From positions 64,001-128,000 of IMG/VR virus record IMGVR_UViG_3300031555_001441: DNA of 64,000 nt; one strand, 5' to 3'. This DNA comes from a virus. Taxonomy: Duplodnaviria > Caudoviricetes. Below the pieces are notes generated by a model. It did not search any database. It saw only the letters and a program-made list of their open reading frames with translations, and was not told where the DNA came from. This document shows, piece by piece, positions 9,462-19,156 of this stretch (position 1 is the stretch's first letter; every line of letters starts with the position of its first letter). The position numbers and the translations under genes were made by a program.

Positions 9462-9796
9462 TGCTTGTCTGTGTTGAGTTCTGCATTCCATGCATCTACA
9501 TCAACACCTTCCTCCTTCAATTTGTATTTTGCTAACCACACATACTTATCTGGTGCTTCATAATGTTCAATCAATTTTTTATATTCTGCTCTAACTGACT
9601 CCCAAAAATCACGAAGACGTTTCTTCTTCCAACCTTGCGTTACCATTAAAGTATACAGAACCATTGCATCTAAGTTTGAAATCAACTCATCAGAAGCCTC
9701 AATTATCTGTCTATTGACTTCAATATCAATCGCCTTCTGTTCATCTGCAGTAAATTCGGCACCATATACCTTACCCTTATATTTCTTTACAAACAT
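9458..9796 (-). CDS. Hypothetical protein
   Basis: ORF track; operon packing. Confidence 0.7.
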   Translation of the reverse strand: MFVKKYKGKVYGAEFTADEQKAIDIEVNRQIIEASDELISNLDAMVLYTLMVTQGWKKKRLRDFWESVRAEYKKLIEHYEAPDKYVWLAKYKLKEEGVDVDAWNAELNTDKQ

Positions 9797-9801
9797 ATAG
9801 A

Positions 9802-10794
9802 TTACTCCCGCTGTTCATATAATTTTTTAAAAGTTGCTTCATCACAATCATTTACATCTTTCCCGTCTGGCATCGGTATTGTCCAAACAATCGCAACCGA
9901 TGACAAATATCTTTTCAGTTTAGCTGCACCTTTGCGACCGGCATCATCACCGTCTGTAGCAATAACGAACTCTGATGCACCTAGCTCTTTGAGCTGCTGA
10001 ATTTGATATGAATTTCCTGTTCCTAACAATGCTACTGCCGGAAATCCATATTTTACTGCAACTAATGCATCTAGACAACTTTCACAGATTATAACCGATT
10101 TGCAGCAATATGGAATCATCTCAATTCCATAAACAGGTTTTGTGACATTCTCGGGATAGTTGAACAATTTACCTTCAATAGATCTTCTACATAAGAAGAG
10201 GGTTCTTTTTTGTTTGTCTCGAACTGGAAATGTAATACATGGTACAGGCTTTTTTCGTCCAGGAGGTACCCAATTCATATCAACACCGATGTCGTAATCA
10301 GCAATTATCTGATCAGTCAGTCCTCTTTGATACATGTAAGGAACAACATAGCGGTAAGTTGCGAGCTCTTCTTCTGAAACATATTGTACTGCAGATTGAG
10401 TTTGAGCTGATATATAATCAAGTGCAAATTTATTTGAAACAGCTTCCATCAAGTTATTTGGTATCAGATCTTCATAATCAACTTCTGCTTCAAATCCAGG
10501 GACATTTGCACTCAACCATTCTAGTCCGGATGATCCAATCGACTTACGCTTAAGAATTTCGGTAATCATATCAGGAAGCGGTCTTGCAAATCCACAACTG
10601 AAACAATGTGCAAAACCTTCGGGGTACTTCTGTCCATTCTTATATTGAGATCTGATCAGAATTCCAAATGACGGTTTTCGTTCATTTCCATCGCTATGAA
10701 ATGGACAAAAACATTGATACCAGTCTCCTGATACTTTGTGTGTCCTTATTAGACCATGCTGAGCAAGTGTATTAACTATCAGTTCTACGTCCAT
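9802..10794 (-). CDS. dnaG: DNA primase (CHC2 zinc finger plus TOPRIM)
   Basis: CPFHSDGNERKPSF...HCFSCG; ICESCLDAL; ATDGDDAG; KDVND. Confidence 0.92.
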   Translation of the reverse strand: MDVELIVNTLAQHGLIRTHKVSGDWYQCFCPFHSDGNERKPSFGILIRSQYKNGQKYPEGFAHCFSCGFARPLPDMITEILKRKSIGSSGLEWLSANVPGFEAEVDYEDLIPNNLMEAVSNKFALDYISAQTQSAVQYVSEEELATYRYVVPYMYQRGLTDQIIADYDIGVDMNWVPPGRKKPVPCITFPVRDKQKRTLFLCRRSIEGKLFNYPENVTKPVYGIEMIPYCCKSVIICESCLDALVAVKYGFPAVALLGTGNSYQIQQLKELGASEFVIATDGDDAGRKGAAKLKRYLSSVAIVWTIPMPDGKDVNDCDEATFKKLYEQRE

Positions 10795-11113
10795 TGAATC
10801 TTACCTTACTATATCCACAACAGCCATATAAAGCATTATGAATAACTTTGAAATTGTGCACTATATTTACTGGTAGATCATTATTTTTAATAAGCGAAGT
10901 TACAAATGCAATTGTTTCATTGAGCACAACAGAATCTATAGGAACATGACGTTTATGTCGCGTGTAACAGCCTAGCACATGTAGTATTGCCGACAATATA
11001 TTTAGCTCATACAGAAATTCATAACTATTAGATGCAGAATCTAAGCTATTCCACATATCAGATATCATTTCAAATGATTTATGTATATCGTCAGCAGAAA
11101 TCGATTGAATCAT
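10772..11113 (-). CDS. Hypothetical protein
   Basis: ORF between helicase and primase with GAGG RBS. Confidence 0.6.
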   Translation of the reverse strand: MIQSISADDIHKSFEMISDMWNSLDSASNSYEFLYELNILSAILHVLGCYTRHKRHVPIDSVVLNETIAFVTSLIKNNDLPVNIVHNFKVIHNALYGCCGYSKVRFNGRRTDS

Positions 11114-11126
11114 ATCTACACCTCAA

Positions 11127-12479
11127 TTAAAATTCAACATCTTCGTAGTTATCATCCCAAGGCATTGTACTTGAATCTGCAAGAGTTGCAGATGTATTTG
11201 ATGTGATAGTTGGCATCTGAACAGATGGTTTTATCATTGTCGTAGCAACGTCATCATCACCTCCAGGTAGATACTGCATGTTTCCGGTATTAACATCCCA
11301 AGCATAACTGAGAACAGGTTTCTGATTGTTTGCTGTACGAGACTTCTCTAATCGAATGTCCAGGACATGTTTATCAAATATTTGTCGGATCGCAAATGCT
11401 TGCGTAGCAATTCGTCCTGGATGGTCACTTCCTTCAATGTTGTATAATGACGGAAATGGATCACCTTTATCATCTCTACATTCTTTGGTTTCTCTATTTG
11501 CTTGCATAGCAACTACAACAACACAACCATATTGTTTACTTAATTTAAATAAACTAGTACATATATTCTTATATCGAATGTAATCTGTATCGGCTTTGTT
11601 AACATCGGTCATATAAGATAGACCATCAATGATGAGTAATTTAATTCCGTGCTTTTTCACAAGCTGCTCAAGCCCTAAGATGTTTACCTCATTTGAAGGC
11701 ATATCCTTATCTTCTAGTACAAAAACACTTGTATCTTCTTTCATCAAATTTTTGATATATTCATAATAGTTAGCATCATATTTTCCCTGATGTAACTGAC
11801 TATTCTGAAAGTGCCCGCGCCATGTATCAAATCGAGTTCCAAGATAAGAAGCTTGCATCTCCGGAGAATAATAGAGGACCGGAAATCCATGTTTCTGCGC
11901 AGACTCCATTATCTTTGTACAGACCCAAGATTTACCTGTATTAGTACGAGCAAATATCAGCACTAATTCCTCAACTGTTGAAAATCCTCCATACATCAAT
12001 TTATCAATCTCAGCAAATCCAGTAGGAATTCGCGCTTGCTTGTTAAATTCAACTATCTGATCACTTCTGAGTTTAGCATCTTTGACAATGTCCATTGGAT
12101 GCGTATTTGATAATTCAGAAACTTTATCGCATTGTCTAGATAAATATTGCCAAGCTTCCGTTACATCTCCGGCACCTAGATCCTTCAACTTATTAAAGGT
12201 CTCAATCAGCATTATGTGCTGTTTGTTTTTTCGCATCTCCTCAGACAAGTAAGAGAGCGGTTCAGCAACTGATACTAGATTAATTTCTGGAAATTCTGAC
12301 TGAAAAGTAAATACATCCGGTACAGATCTATATTGTTGCCTGTGCTGAAATATAAAATGAATATGCGGTTTGAAAACTGAATAATATGACTCATCGAACT
12401 CAAGCAACGAATCTACTTCAGATTCGTCAGTGCTTGTAAGAATTTTTGATATTACTTGCAGCTCTATAGATGTGATCAT
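11127..12479 (-). CDS. dnaB: Replicative DnaB-like helicase
   Basis: IPTGFAEIDKLMYGG, ARTNTGKS, YSPEM, LLIIDGL, MQANR. Confidence 0.92.
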   Translation of the reverse strand: MITSIELQVISKILTSTDESEVDSLLEFDESYYSVFKPHIHFIFQHRQQYRSVPDVFTFQSEFPEINLVSVAEPLSYLSEEMRKNKQHIMLIETFNKLKDLGAGDVTEAWQYLSRQCDKVSELSNTHPMDIVKDAKLRSDQIVEFNKQARIPTGFAEIDKLMYGGFSTVEELVLIFARTNTGKSWVCTKIMESAQKHGFPVLYYSPEMQASYLGTRFDTWRGHFQNSQLHQGKYDANYYEYIKNLMKEDTSVFVLEDKDMPSNEVNILGLEQLVKKHGIKLLIIDGLSYMTDVNKADTDYIRYKNICTSLFKLSKQYGCVVVVAMQANRETKECRDDKGDPFPSLYNIEGSDHPGRIATQAFAIRQIFDKHVLDIRLEKSRTANNQKPVLSYAWDVNTGNMQYLPGGDDDVATTMIKPSVQMPTITSNTSATLADSSTMPWDDNYEDVEF

Positions 12480-13099
12480 GATTTCACCACCTTAGCTGCT
12501 TCAATGAGCTTTGTTTTTAGAAGAGAGAAAAATCTACTGGACTTACTGCTTACTAAATTTCCTAACGGAGGAGACACTATAAGTGTTGTATGTTCACCAT
12601 CTTCACGTAGTTGCAGAAGATTGAGTAATGTTTGCGATTCAAAGTCCCCGAAATTGACATAATCAATACCAGATATGATAAGTACTTTTGCTGACTCTGC
12701 CCATATCTGCATATATTCAAGAGCTTCCATATCAGTTTTAGCTGACCAACTCTTCTTCATATCATCTAAGTATTTAGCGTACTTTAAATTGTATACAGTG
12801 CAATGAAGCCTACTACCTTGCCAATTACTGCATATAGCAGAATACGTAAATATGTCTGAATATTGAGCAGTTGTTCTGCGAGAAGACGACCCTACAACAT
12901 ATACTCCTGTTTTGTTTTCAATCTGAGACAACAAGGCCAAACTAGCATCATAATCAATTGTCATATCTGAAAATACAAAACTGCTTAGAGATATATTATT
13001 TCGTTCTAGAAGATACGATGTCTCTGCTAATGTAGGGCAAGACTTATCACAGAATGGTTCAATACAGTACGGAGTAAATATACAGTTATGCATTTTCAA
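12476..13099 (-). CDS. DnaC/IstB-like helicase loader with degenerate P-loop (putative)
   Basis: N-terminal Cys cluster; AKVLIISGIDYVNFGDFESQTLLNLLQLR...TLIVS; directly upstream of the helicase. Confidence 0.55.
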   Translation of the reverse strand: MKMHNCIFTPYCIEPFCDKSCPTLAETSYLLERNNISLSSFVFSDMTIDYDASLALLSQIENKTGVYVVGSSSRRTTAQYSDIFTYSAICSNWQGSRLHCTVYNLKYAKYLDDMKKSWSAKTDMEALEYMQIWAESAKVLIISGIDYVNFGDFESQTLLNLLQLREDGEHTTLIVSPPLGNLVSSKSSRFFSLLKTKLIEAAKVVKS

Positions 13100-14198
13100 T
13101 TCTCCTTAGTACTGGATTTCGTGTTTGCTTGTATGATACACGAGCGCGCACACACTGACGTGCTATTTCAAGTATATCTGAATATCCGTATCTTATGTAG
13201 CTGGATATAGGCATAAACAATGTTAAAAACGGATCTAGAGAACCATACAGTGGATATTGATGTTCGATGTGTTTAACATCTCGTTCTAATAGATAACGTC
13301 TTACAACATATTCTTTGATATACTCAGATGTAAATGGAATTGTTTTAGATTCAGGAAGTGCATTCCAAATATCTGCAGTTCTGTATAACTGACCGTCTAC
13401 TTCTATGTGTGAATAGAAACTCACAAGCTCATCATCAATTACTCGATACAACTTGAAAATATGTGGATATTTTATTAGATTGTCAATAAGTTGATTTTTT
13501 GTATATCCTTCAATTGGAAGAATACTGCCGAGTTCATCATCATTGTCTAACGTTGGTTGATATTCGTAGAGAGTAGCTGCACGCGTTTGAATGAATCTGT
13601 TCGGAAACAGTTTATATAGATCATCTGCAGTCATCTTAGAAACATCAGTTGTGCATGATATTTCATTTTGACGTTTTGGTATTTCAGGATATGATCGATA
13701 TATTACATACGGAGTATTATCAATTAGTTGTGCTTTCCATGGATCTTTGATGTTAAACTGTGGAACTATAGGTGGCCTTAAATACAAGTCCTCTTTAGGC
13801 GTCGGAGGTGTGTCAAAAGAAGTTATCGGTACTGCGGGTTGAATAGGGCTGACCGGCTCTTCAGTTTTTGCTTCGTAGCTATCTACAATTGCTATGTCCC
13901 ATATTATATCTTTTTCATTTATATATAGATCTTTAAGAATCGCTCTACAGATACTATCATCAGATATTTCACAATTGAGTACTTCCGCCGATTTCATTAT
14001 TTCGGGTATGACATCATTAGAGATAACTATCAATGAGATTGAATTCATCACAGCTACAATGTGTTGACGCTGTCGATAGATTCCTGAATACACTTTAATA
14101 GCTGCAGAAACTACATTAGCGTGCAACGTAGAGAGCTGAGCTCTGCACGATGGCGGATATTTTAATTTATCTGGAATTTCAGAAAACTTTATTTTCAT
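13086..14198 (-). CDS. Hypothetical protein
   Basis: 370-aa ORF in the replication operon. Confidence 0.75.
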   Translation of the reverse strand: MKIKFSEIPDKLKYPPSCRAQLSTLHANVVSAAIKVYSGIYRQRQHIVAVMNSISLIVISNDVIPEIMKSAEVLNCEISDDSICRAILKDLYINEKDIIWDIAIVDSYEAKTEEPVSPIQPAVPITSFDTPPTPKEDLYLRPPIVPQFNIKDPWKAQLIDNTPYVIYRSYPEIPKRQNEISCTTDVSKMTADDLYKLFPNRFIQTRAATLYEYQPTLDNDDELGSILPIEGYTKNQLIDNLIKYPHIFKLYRVIDDELVSFYSHIEVDGQLYRTADIWNALPESKTIPFTSEYIKEYVVRRYLLERDVKHIEHQYPLYGSLDPFLTLFMPISSYIRYGYSDILEIARQCVRARVSYKQTRNPVLRRIENA

Positions 14199-14203
14199 AT
14201 TAT

Positions 14204-15082
14204 CTAGTCCTTAATCAATTTACACTTTTTAAGCAACTCAGAATTCATCTTGTAGTCTTCATAAGCATCAAGAACTCCGGGATTGTATTGTCCACACAAT
14301 CTGTATACACAATCTTCTGTAGGATACATCTCGTTATCTGATAATGAACATAACTGAGATAAACCATTATCTAACAATACATCCCACAAGACTGCAGCTG
14401 TTAGTGTAAGTTGTGAAGCGTCAGGATATCTGTTGAAAGAATATATGAAATACGGAACTGCATAAACATTAGAAGTATCTGTTTCAATAGATCTACACCA
14501 TTCTTCAAATTTCTGTATGAATTGATCTTCTGTATCTACGTTTACATTGTATCCATATACAATAACGATATCTCGGATCCAACCTGGAACACGCTTCATA
14601 TTATAATGAAAATTTGAACATGATTTTGTTAAGAATCTTGTTTTGAACCAATAATCTAATAATTCAGCACATTTTTGTGCACTGCGCAGTGATATGTGTT
14701 TAGTTACTAGAGTTTCAAACACCTTTGCATATTCTACTAACGCTTGTTTTCTTGATACTGAAGCTGTGTTAGATGTCGATACTGCAGAAGATACAGAAGA
14801 CGTCGAAACAAATGATTTCAATCGATTAAGTTCAGCTTGCATACCATCTAAAACAGCAGCAATATCTGGATTTGAAGATTGTGAAAATTCGACTTCATCC
14901 ATGTTAGATAAAGTTTCATCTTCAAGTATTGTATAGATGATTCTAACAACTTCGCTGCAAGTAGCTGCAACTTCTTTCAGACGAGCTTTCGACTTTCCAT
15001 ACATTGTATGCGAACTTTCTGAAATATCTTTAACATATCCTAACAGACGCTTCACCTGGAGTTCAGCACTGTTAATATCCAT
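14204..15082 (-). CDS. Hypothetical protein, first gene of the replication operon
   Basis: 292-aa ORF with AGGAGG RBS. Confidence 0.75.
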   Translation of the reverse strand: MDINSAELQVKRLLGYVKDISESSHTMYGKSKARLKEVAATCSEVVRIIYTILEDETLSNMDEVEFSQSSNPDIAAVLDGMQAELNRLKSFVSTSSVSSAVSTSNTASVSRKQALVEYAKVFETLVTKHISLRSAQKCAELLDYWFKTRFLTKSCSNFHYNMKRVPGWIRDIVIVYGYNVNVDTEDQFIQKFEEWCRSIETDTSNVYAVPYFIYSFNRYPDASQLTLTAAVLWDVLLDNGLSQLCSLSDNEMYPTEDCVYRLCGQYNPGVLDAYEDYKMNSELLKKCKLIKD

Positions 15083-15123
15083 TGAGGCAAGTTACCTCCT
15101 TTGCTACAAGATGATATTAAAAA

Positions 15124-15264
15124 TGAGTGTGACGTTCGTTTAGGCTACCTCATCAGCGAGCTACACACGATATCGCTACATATGGATCGGCACACTCAAT
15201 AGCTGATGATGCAGATTGTAGTGCGGCCACTTTCTGCCGATAGCCCAAACGAACGCCGCACTCG
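15124..15264 (-). ncRNA. Structured leader RNA candidate
   Basis: 23-bp closing stem with G.U pairs on the minus strand; inner helices UCGGCA/UGCCGA, AGCGA/UCGCU, CAUCAGC/GCUGAUG. Confidence 0.65.
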
Positions 15265-15291
15265 TTGTTTGTATTTTGTATCTTCAACATT

Positions 15292-15320
15292 ATTATAAGA
15301 TAGATTGAATCATAAATCAA
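15292..15320 (-). promoter_or_regulatory. Sigma70/SigA-type promoter
   Basis: TTGATT-17 nt-TATAAT on the minus strand. Confidence 0.7.
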
Positions 15321-15497
15321 TATTATTTGATTAAGATTTTATTAAATTATTTTTTCGCCATATGATTGTGTGTACAGTTTATAACGATTTGCATAATTGG
15401 TAAAAATTAAATACGCTATAATAAATATAATTCATTTTATTTCATATATAAATTCATATATTTCATATTTGTATTCATATATTTCATATATTGTTCG

Positions 15498-15729
15498 TCA
15501 ATATACCCAATTTTGATTAAATTGATCTACAAAATACCCGGTTTTGGCCAATTTGATGATTTACAAAATACCCGGTTTTGGCCAATTTGATGATTCAATG
15601 ATACAATAGCATTTTACAAAATACCCGATTTTGGCGAATTTGAAATTGTAAAAACACCCGGTTTTGGCGAATTTGAAATTACTTATATTATATAACGAAT
15701 CTACAAAATACCCGGTTTTGGCCAATTTG
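15498..15729. repeat. Iteron-like direct repeats; replication origin candidate
   Basis: AAAATACCCGGTTTTGGCCAATTTG at 15531, 15565, 15618, 15651 and 15705, plus a degenerate copy near 15500; AT-rich flanks. Confidence 0.8.
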
Positions 15730-15803
15730 TAAAACAATAATTTCATAAGATTTTCATAATCAGATATTGAATAAAAATTTAAAAATAAATTTTTGAATAT
15801 CTA

Positions 15804-15832
15804 TTGACTTTTTTATAATAATAATATAAAAT
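15804..15832 (+). promoter_or_regulatory. Sigma70/SigA-type promoter
   Basis: TTGACT-17 nt-TAAAAT upstream of the plus-strand gene. Confidence 0.75.
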
Positions 15833-15912
15833 AAACTTGTAGATAGAAGAAGATTGATCAAAAAATTTACGAAAAATTTTAACATACATAATCACATTAT
15901 AGGAGGGTTGAT

Positions 15913-16677
15913 ATGAGTACATATTCAAGAGATTACATCAAACAGCGTACACTCGAAATATATAAATCTATGCCGCAAAACAAAGAGCAGCGCAAAGCTT
16001 GTTTGAAAGAACGTGATGAAATCATTGAGTTGAATTACACATTTTTTGGATACATAGCATCACATACATTTATAAATAATCCTTCTGTTACATATGAAGA
16101 TAAATTGCAGTCAGCTCTTATGCACTTCTGTGAATGTTTTTGGTGGTACATGTGGGAGGGTGATGAAACACATAAAGGATATAGAACAGATTTGGCTTGG
16201 ACTGTTTTCTTCAAACCGCGTATAGGTGAAATGATAGAGCGAGAATTGAATGAAGTAAAATATTCAATTCGACGCTCTTTATGTATGAAAGCCGGAGCAC
16301 AGCTTGGTAAGCACTGGGCACAAGTCAGATATGAAGATCTTGATAAAGTCAATCTTCCGCCGGAGGAGATGGCTTCACTTAAATCAATGTTTGGTACTAT
16401 GTACTGGGCAGATTTATCTGAACATGAATTGTATATTCCGGCTCCAACAGAACGTGAATCCGAATTCGCAAATCCTTCAGATAATTATAATACTGTGGAA
16501 GAACTTCTTATTCATGAAATGGTTGTGGAAGAGAAAAAACTTACAGATTCAGATCTGTTGCAGATTGCTGATATGTATGGGCTTGATTACTATGAATTGA
16601 AACGTAAACTTCCTGAATGCGAAGCTACACTGTATAAAAGATTAAAAGACAGTTTAGATCTGTATAATATGGATTAG
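15913..16677 (+). CDS. Divergent sigma-factor-like protein
   Basis: RDEIIELNYTFFGYIA...YEDKLQSALMHF...WTVFFKPRIGEMIEREL parallels sigma70 region 2; AGGAGG RBS; own promoter and terminator. Confidence 0.65.
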   Translation: MSTYSRDYIKQRTLEIYKSMPQNKEQRKACLKERDEIIELNYTFFGYIASHTFINNPSVTYEDKLQSALMHFCECFWWYMWEGDETHKGYRTDLAWTVFFKPRIGEMIERELNEVKYSIRRSLCMKAGAQLGKHWAQVRYEDLDKVNLPPEEMASLKSMFGTMYWADLSEHELYIPAPTERESEFANPSDNYNTVEELLIHEMVVEEKKLTDSDLLQIADMYGLDYYELKRKLPECEATLYKRLKDSLDLYNMD

Positions 16678-16694
16678 ATAATTGAACAAAAAAG

Positions 16695-16729
16695 AAAAGC
16701 GCCTGATGCTGTTCAGACGCTTTTTTTTT
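16695..16729. terminator. Bidirectional intrinsic terminator
   Basis: AAAAGCGCCTGA-loop-TCAGACGCTTTTTTTTT between convergent genes. Confidence 0.8.
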
Positions 16730-16741
16730 GTTGTATGAGAA

Positions 16742-17710
16742 TCAAACAGCGATTTTGTCCATCACTTTCAACAGCTTTGCTGAAAGATTAGGTTCAGTTG
16801 AGATAGAAAGTCCGGGTATAACTTTCATTCGTCTGTTAAGGTCATATACACTTTCTAACTTGACAAAGTAGTGCTGTTCGTAGTCGAGTGCAGCTTGAAG
16901 CAGCTGATACCGCGTTCCATGATAGTTTGCAAGATTATCCATCTCCATACAATTCATGAAAGTTTCTCTCTTTACTGAAATTGTTTCATTAGCTTTGTTC
17001 TCCAACGGAGTTCCGTCTGCTATCTGATATGGGAACAGGATATCAAGCGCAGTATTGATGTAACTTTCGGATGTTTTCTCCTTTAACAGATTCGCAGCAG
17101 ATTTGTTGAGTGCTAGAATTGCCCTATCAACCGAAGAAAGAATCTGACTTGCGATTGCTTCATTTTCATCTTTAGTAGTTGCCAACGGAACTCGGAGGCA
17201 ATATGTGTTTTTAGATAATGCTTGATTGAGAGTATTCTGACACACTACACGAATGGGTGTGTTAAGAATAGTTATGCGTCCGTCTGATTTAGTATGATCA
17301 TTTACAACAACGAAATAATGATCAACATCATCATCGACAACTTTGAACTGATCTCGAATCTTGTAGCAAGCAAACACGTTTTCACCTCTGCCTAAACTAG
17401 CAGCTGTCTCTACATCGAGAGATTTTCCTACAAGAAAATCAAAAGTTTCGAATGCATCAATGTTCTGAATGAGCTCCGGAACTTTATTTACAAGAGCTAA
17501 TACAGCATCATTATCTTCTCTGTAGATCGCATGGTAGCTCTTTATGTGATCGTGGCGATCAGTGAAGATAGGTAACGCAGCTACGGTCCAGTCAAACTTG
17601 CCAGCTGCAACCAGCTCGCGGGCTGATTTCGGGCTTTCAGTTAATATCTGACCTTCTCGATGCCAGGGCACTTCTCCTACGTATATCATGGAATCAATGT
17701 TTGCACTCAT
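16742..17710 (-). CDS. DUF932 family phage/plasmid protein
   Basis: VPWHREG, ETAASLGRGENVF, NDHTKSDG...TPIRVVCQNTL. Confidence 0.85.
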   Translation of the reverse strand: MSANIDSMIYVGEVPWHREGQILTESPKSARELVAAGKFDWTVAALPIFTDRHDHIKSYHAIYREDNDAVLALVNKVPELIQNIDAFETFDFLVGKSLDVETAASLGRGENVFACYKIRDQFKVVDDDVDHYFVVVNDHTKSDGRITILNTPIRVVCQNTLNQALSKNTYCLRVPLATTKDENEAIASQILSSVDRAILALNKSAANLLKEKTSESYINTALDILFPYQIADGTPLENKANETISVKRETFMNCMEMDNLANYHGTRYQLLQAALDYEQHYFVKLESVYDLNRRMKVIPGLSISTEPNLSAKLLKVMDKIAV

Positions 17711-17761
17711 GTGTGAGTACCTCCTTCATATTTGTTGTGTATTCTATAACGATTCATAAAA

Positions 17762-17787
17762 AAAGAACTGAGTTTTCTCAGTTCTTT
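17762..17787 (-). terminator. Intrinsic terminator
   Basis: AAAGAACTGAG-TTTT-CTCAGTTCTTT hairpin with a U tract on the minus strand. Confidence 0.75.
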
Positions 17788-17789
17788 CA

Positions 17790-18239
17790 TCAGTCAATAT
17801 AATCTAGATCTCGTGCAGCTTGTACGACCTCTTGGAATGAATGACCGTCATTGAGTAATTCTAACACTACATTATCTAAATCAAACTGATCGGATAGTTC
17901 GTATTCAGTGATATATTTATGCACTGTTTTGCTATCTGCGTTTTGAACAAGACCTAGTCGATCTAGAGTTTCAACTGAAAATCTATCGAGCATTTCTTCA
18001 GGCTCAACTTCTTCGTTGTTAAGATCAATAGGTTCATAATTAGATTCGCATACTATCAAGTTATCATCATCGTCAATGATTGCGCTGATAAATGCAACAT
18101 CTAGATCTCTTAACGCATTCCAGCCGACATCTTGTAACCTTTGAATGAGGATAATGTTTGCATTTTGTCTGCGAAGATCTCTGATTGTATCCTCAAGATT
18201 AAATCTGTAGAATATTGTCTCTTGTACATATTCTCTCAT
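17790..18239 (-). CDS. Hypothetical acidic protein
   Basis: ORF with GGAG RBS. Confidence 0.7.
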   Translation of the reverse strand: MREYVQETIFYRFNLEDTIRDLRRQNANIILIQRLQDVGWNALRDLDVAFISAIIDDDDNLIVCESNYEPIDLNNEEVEPEEMLDRFSVETLDRLGLVQNADSKTVHKYITEYELSDQFDLDNVVLELLNDGHSFQEVVQAARDLDYID

Positions 18240-18250
18240 GTTTGTTCTCC

Positions 18251-18634
18251 TTAGTTTACGGCATTCGGCAACTTACCACGTTTATCACCTGTAAGTTTGC
18301 TGTATTTAAAGTTATTGCGTAAATTAACGTAGTAGAAATGTCCCTTGCTAGGAGCTGTCACCCATTTTCTATATAGAGATATCGGCACATCATATAATAC
18401 GTATATATCACCTGGACCACCCGTTTTGTCTGCTTTGAACTGAACATATACGTCACCTGTTTTATCGTGTCTATCTCGTATGTTGATGTTGTAACCCCAT
18501 ACATTGCTGGATTTAACTCTTACAATGTGCGTCATTATATCTTTTGTCGAGATCGACGCTTGTATTATTGATTTTCTTTCAGCCGAATCGCAGAAGCAGA
18601 TTTCTGCAATTGAAGCTCGAATCAATCTTTTCAT
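18251..18634 (-). CDS. KTSC domain protein
   Basis: VKSSNV...VYVQF...YVLYDVPISLYRKWVTAPSKGHFY. Confidence 0.8.
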   Translation of the reverse strand: MKRLIRASIAEICFCDSAERKSIIQASISTKDIMTHIVRVKSSNVWGYNINIRDRHDKTGDVYVQFKADKTGGPGDIYVLYDVPISLYRKWVTAPSKGHFYYVNLRNNFKYSKLTGDKRGKLPNAVN

Positions 18635-18647
18635 TTAATTTAATTCC

Positions 18648-19136
18648 TTATGTAGATGTAAATATTATATGCAATTGAGCTGCGATGTCATCTGCAGTCA
18701 TTTCGTTTGATGCAGATACTATATCAACTGCAATTGAGATAAATTGTTCTCGTTTTTCATGTGTGCGTTGAATCAACTCTGGTGTTATCTTGAACAAAGG
18801 ATATTTGTTTGGTCCCGTCTGTGTTGCTTTGAAATATCCAAGATCCGCACGCGCATCTTTCAACGATTCGCCTAACTCTTTTCTGAATAACTTCTCATAT
18901 GTATTGATGGATAACTTCTTGTTATTCGGCTTCACCTCATAATCATTGATGATGGATACGAATTCGGACAATTCGTCTATCCAGTGATTCAAATCTCGAG
19001 TGCTATCATCATATATCAATACTTTCAGAAGATGCTCGTGTATAGCAGGCATTAGATGCTCAATGCGATCCTCTACTATCTTGCGAGGATGTGCGAATGC
19101 GAATATATTTTGTTTTAATCGTATAAGTCGTTTCAT
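18648..19136 (-). CDS. Hypothetical protein (MKRLI N-terminus)
   Basis: ORF with GGAG RBS, preceded by motif ACCTTNTATA. Confidence 0.7.
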   Translation of the reverse strand: MKRLIRLKQNIFAFAHPRKIVEDRIEHLMPAIHEHLLKVLIYDDSTRDLNHWIDELSEFVSIINDYEVKPNNKKLSINTYEKLFRKELGESLKDARADLGYFKATQTGPNKYPLFKITPELIQRTHEKREQFISIAVDIVSASNEMTADDIAAQLHIIFTST

Positions 19137-19156
19137 CTGTGCATCTCCATCCTTTA

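Noticed and set aside
15124-15264. Hammerhead ribozyme or SAM-I riboswitch
   Set aside because: CUGAUGA is present, but GAAA does not directly follow the matching stem; SAM-I P2 and kink-turn elements were not found.
15498-15729. CRISPR mini-array
   Set aside because: Gaps alternate between about 8 and 28 nt and are partly repeated; no cas operon; fits iterons better.
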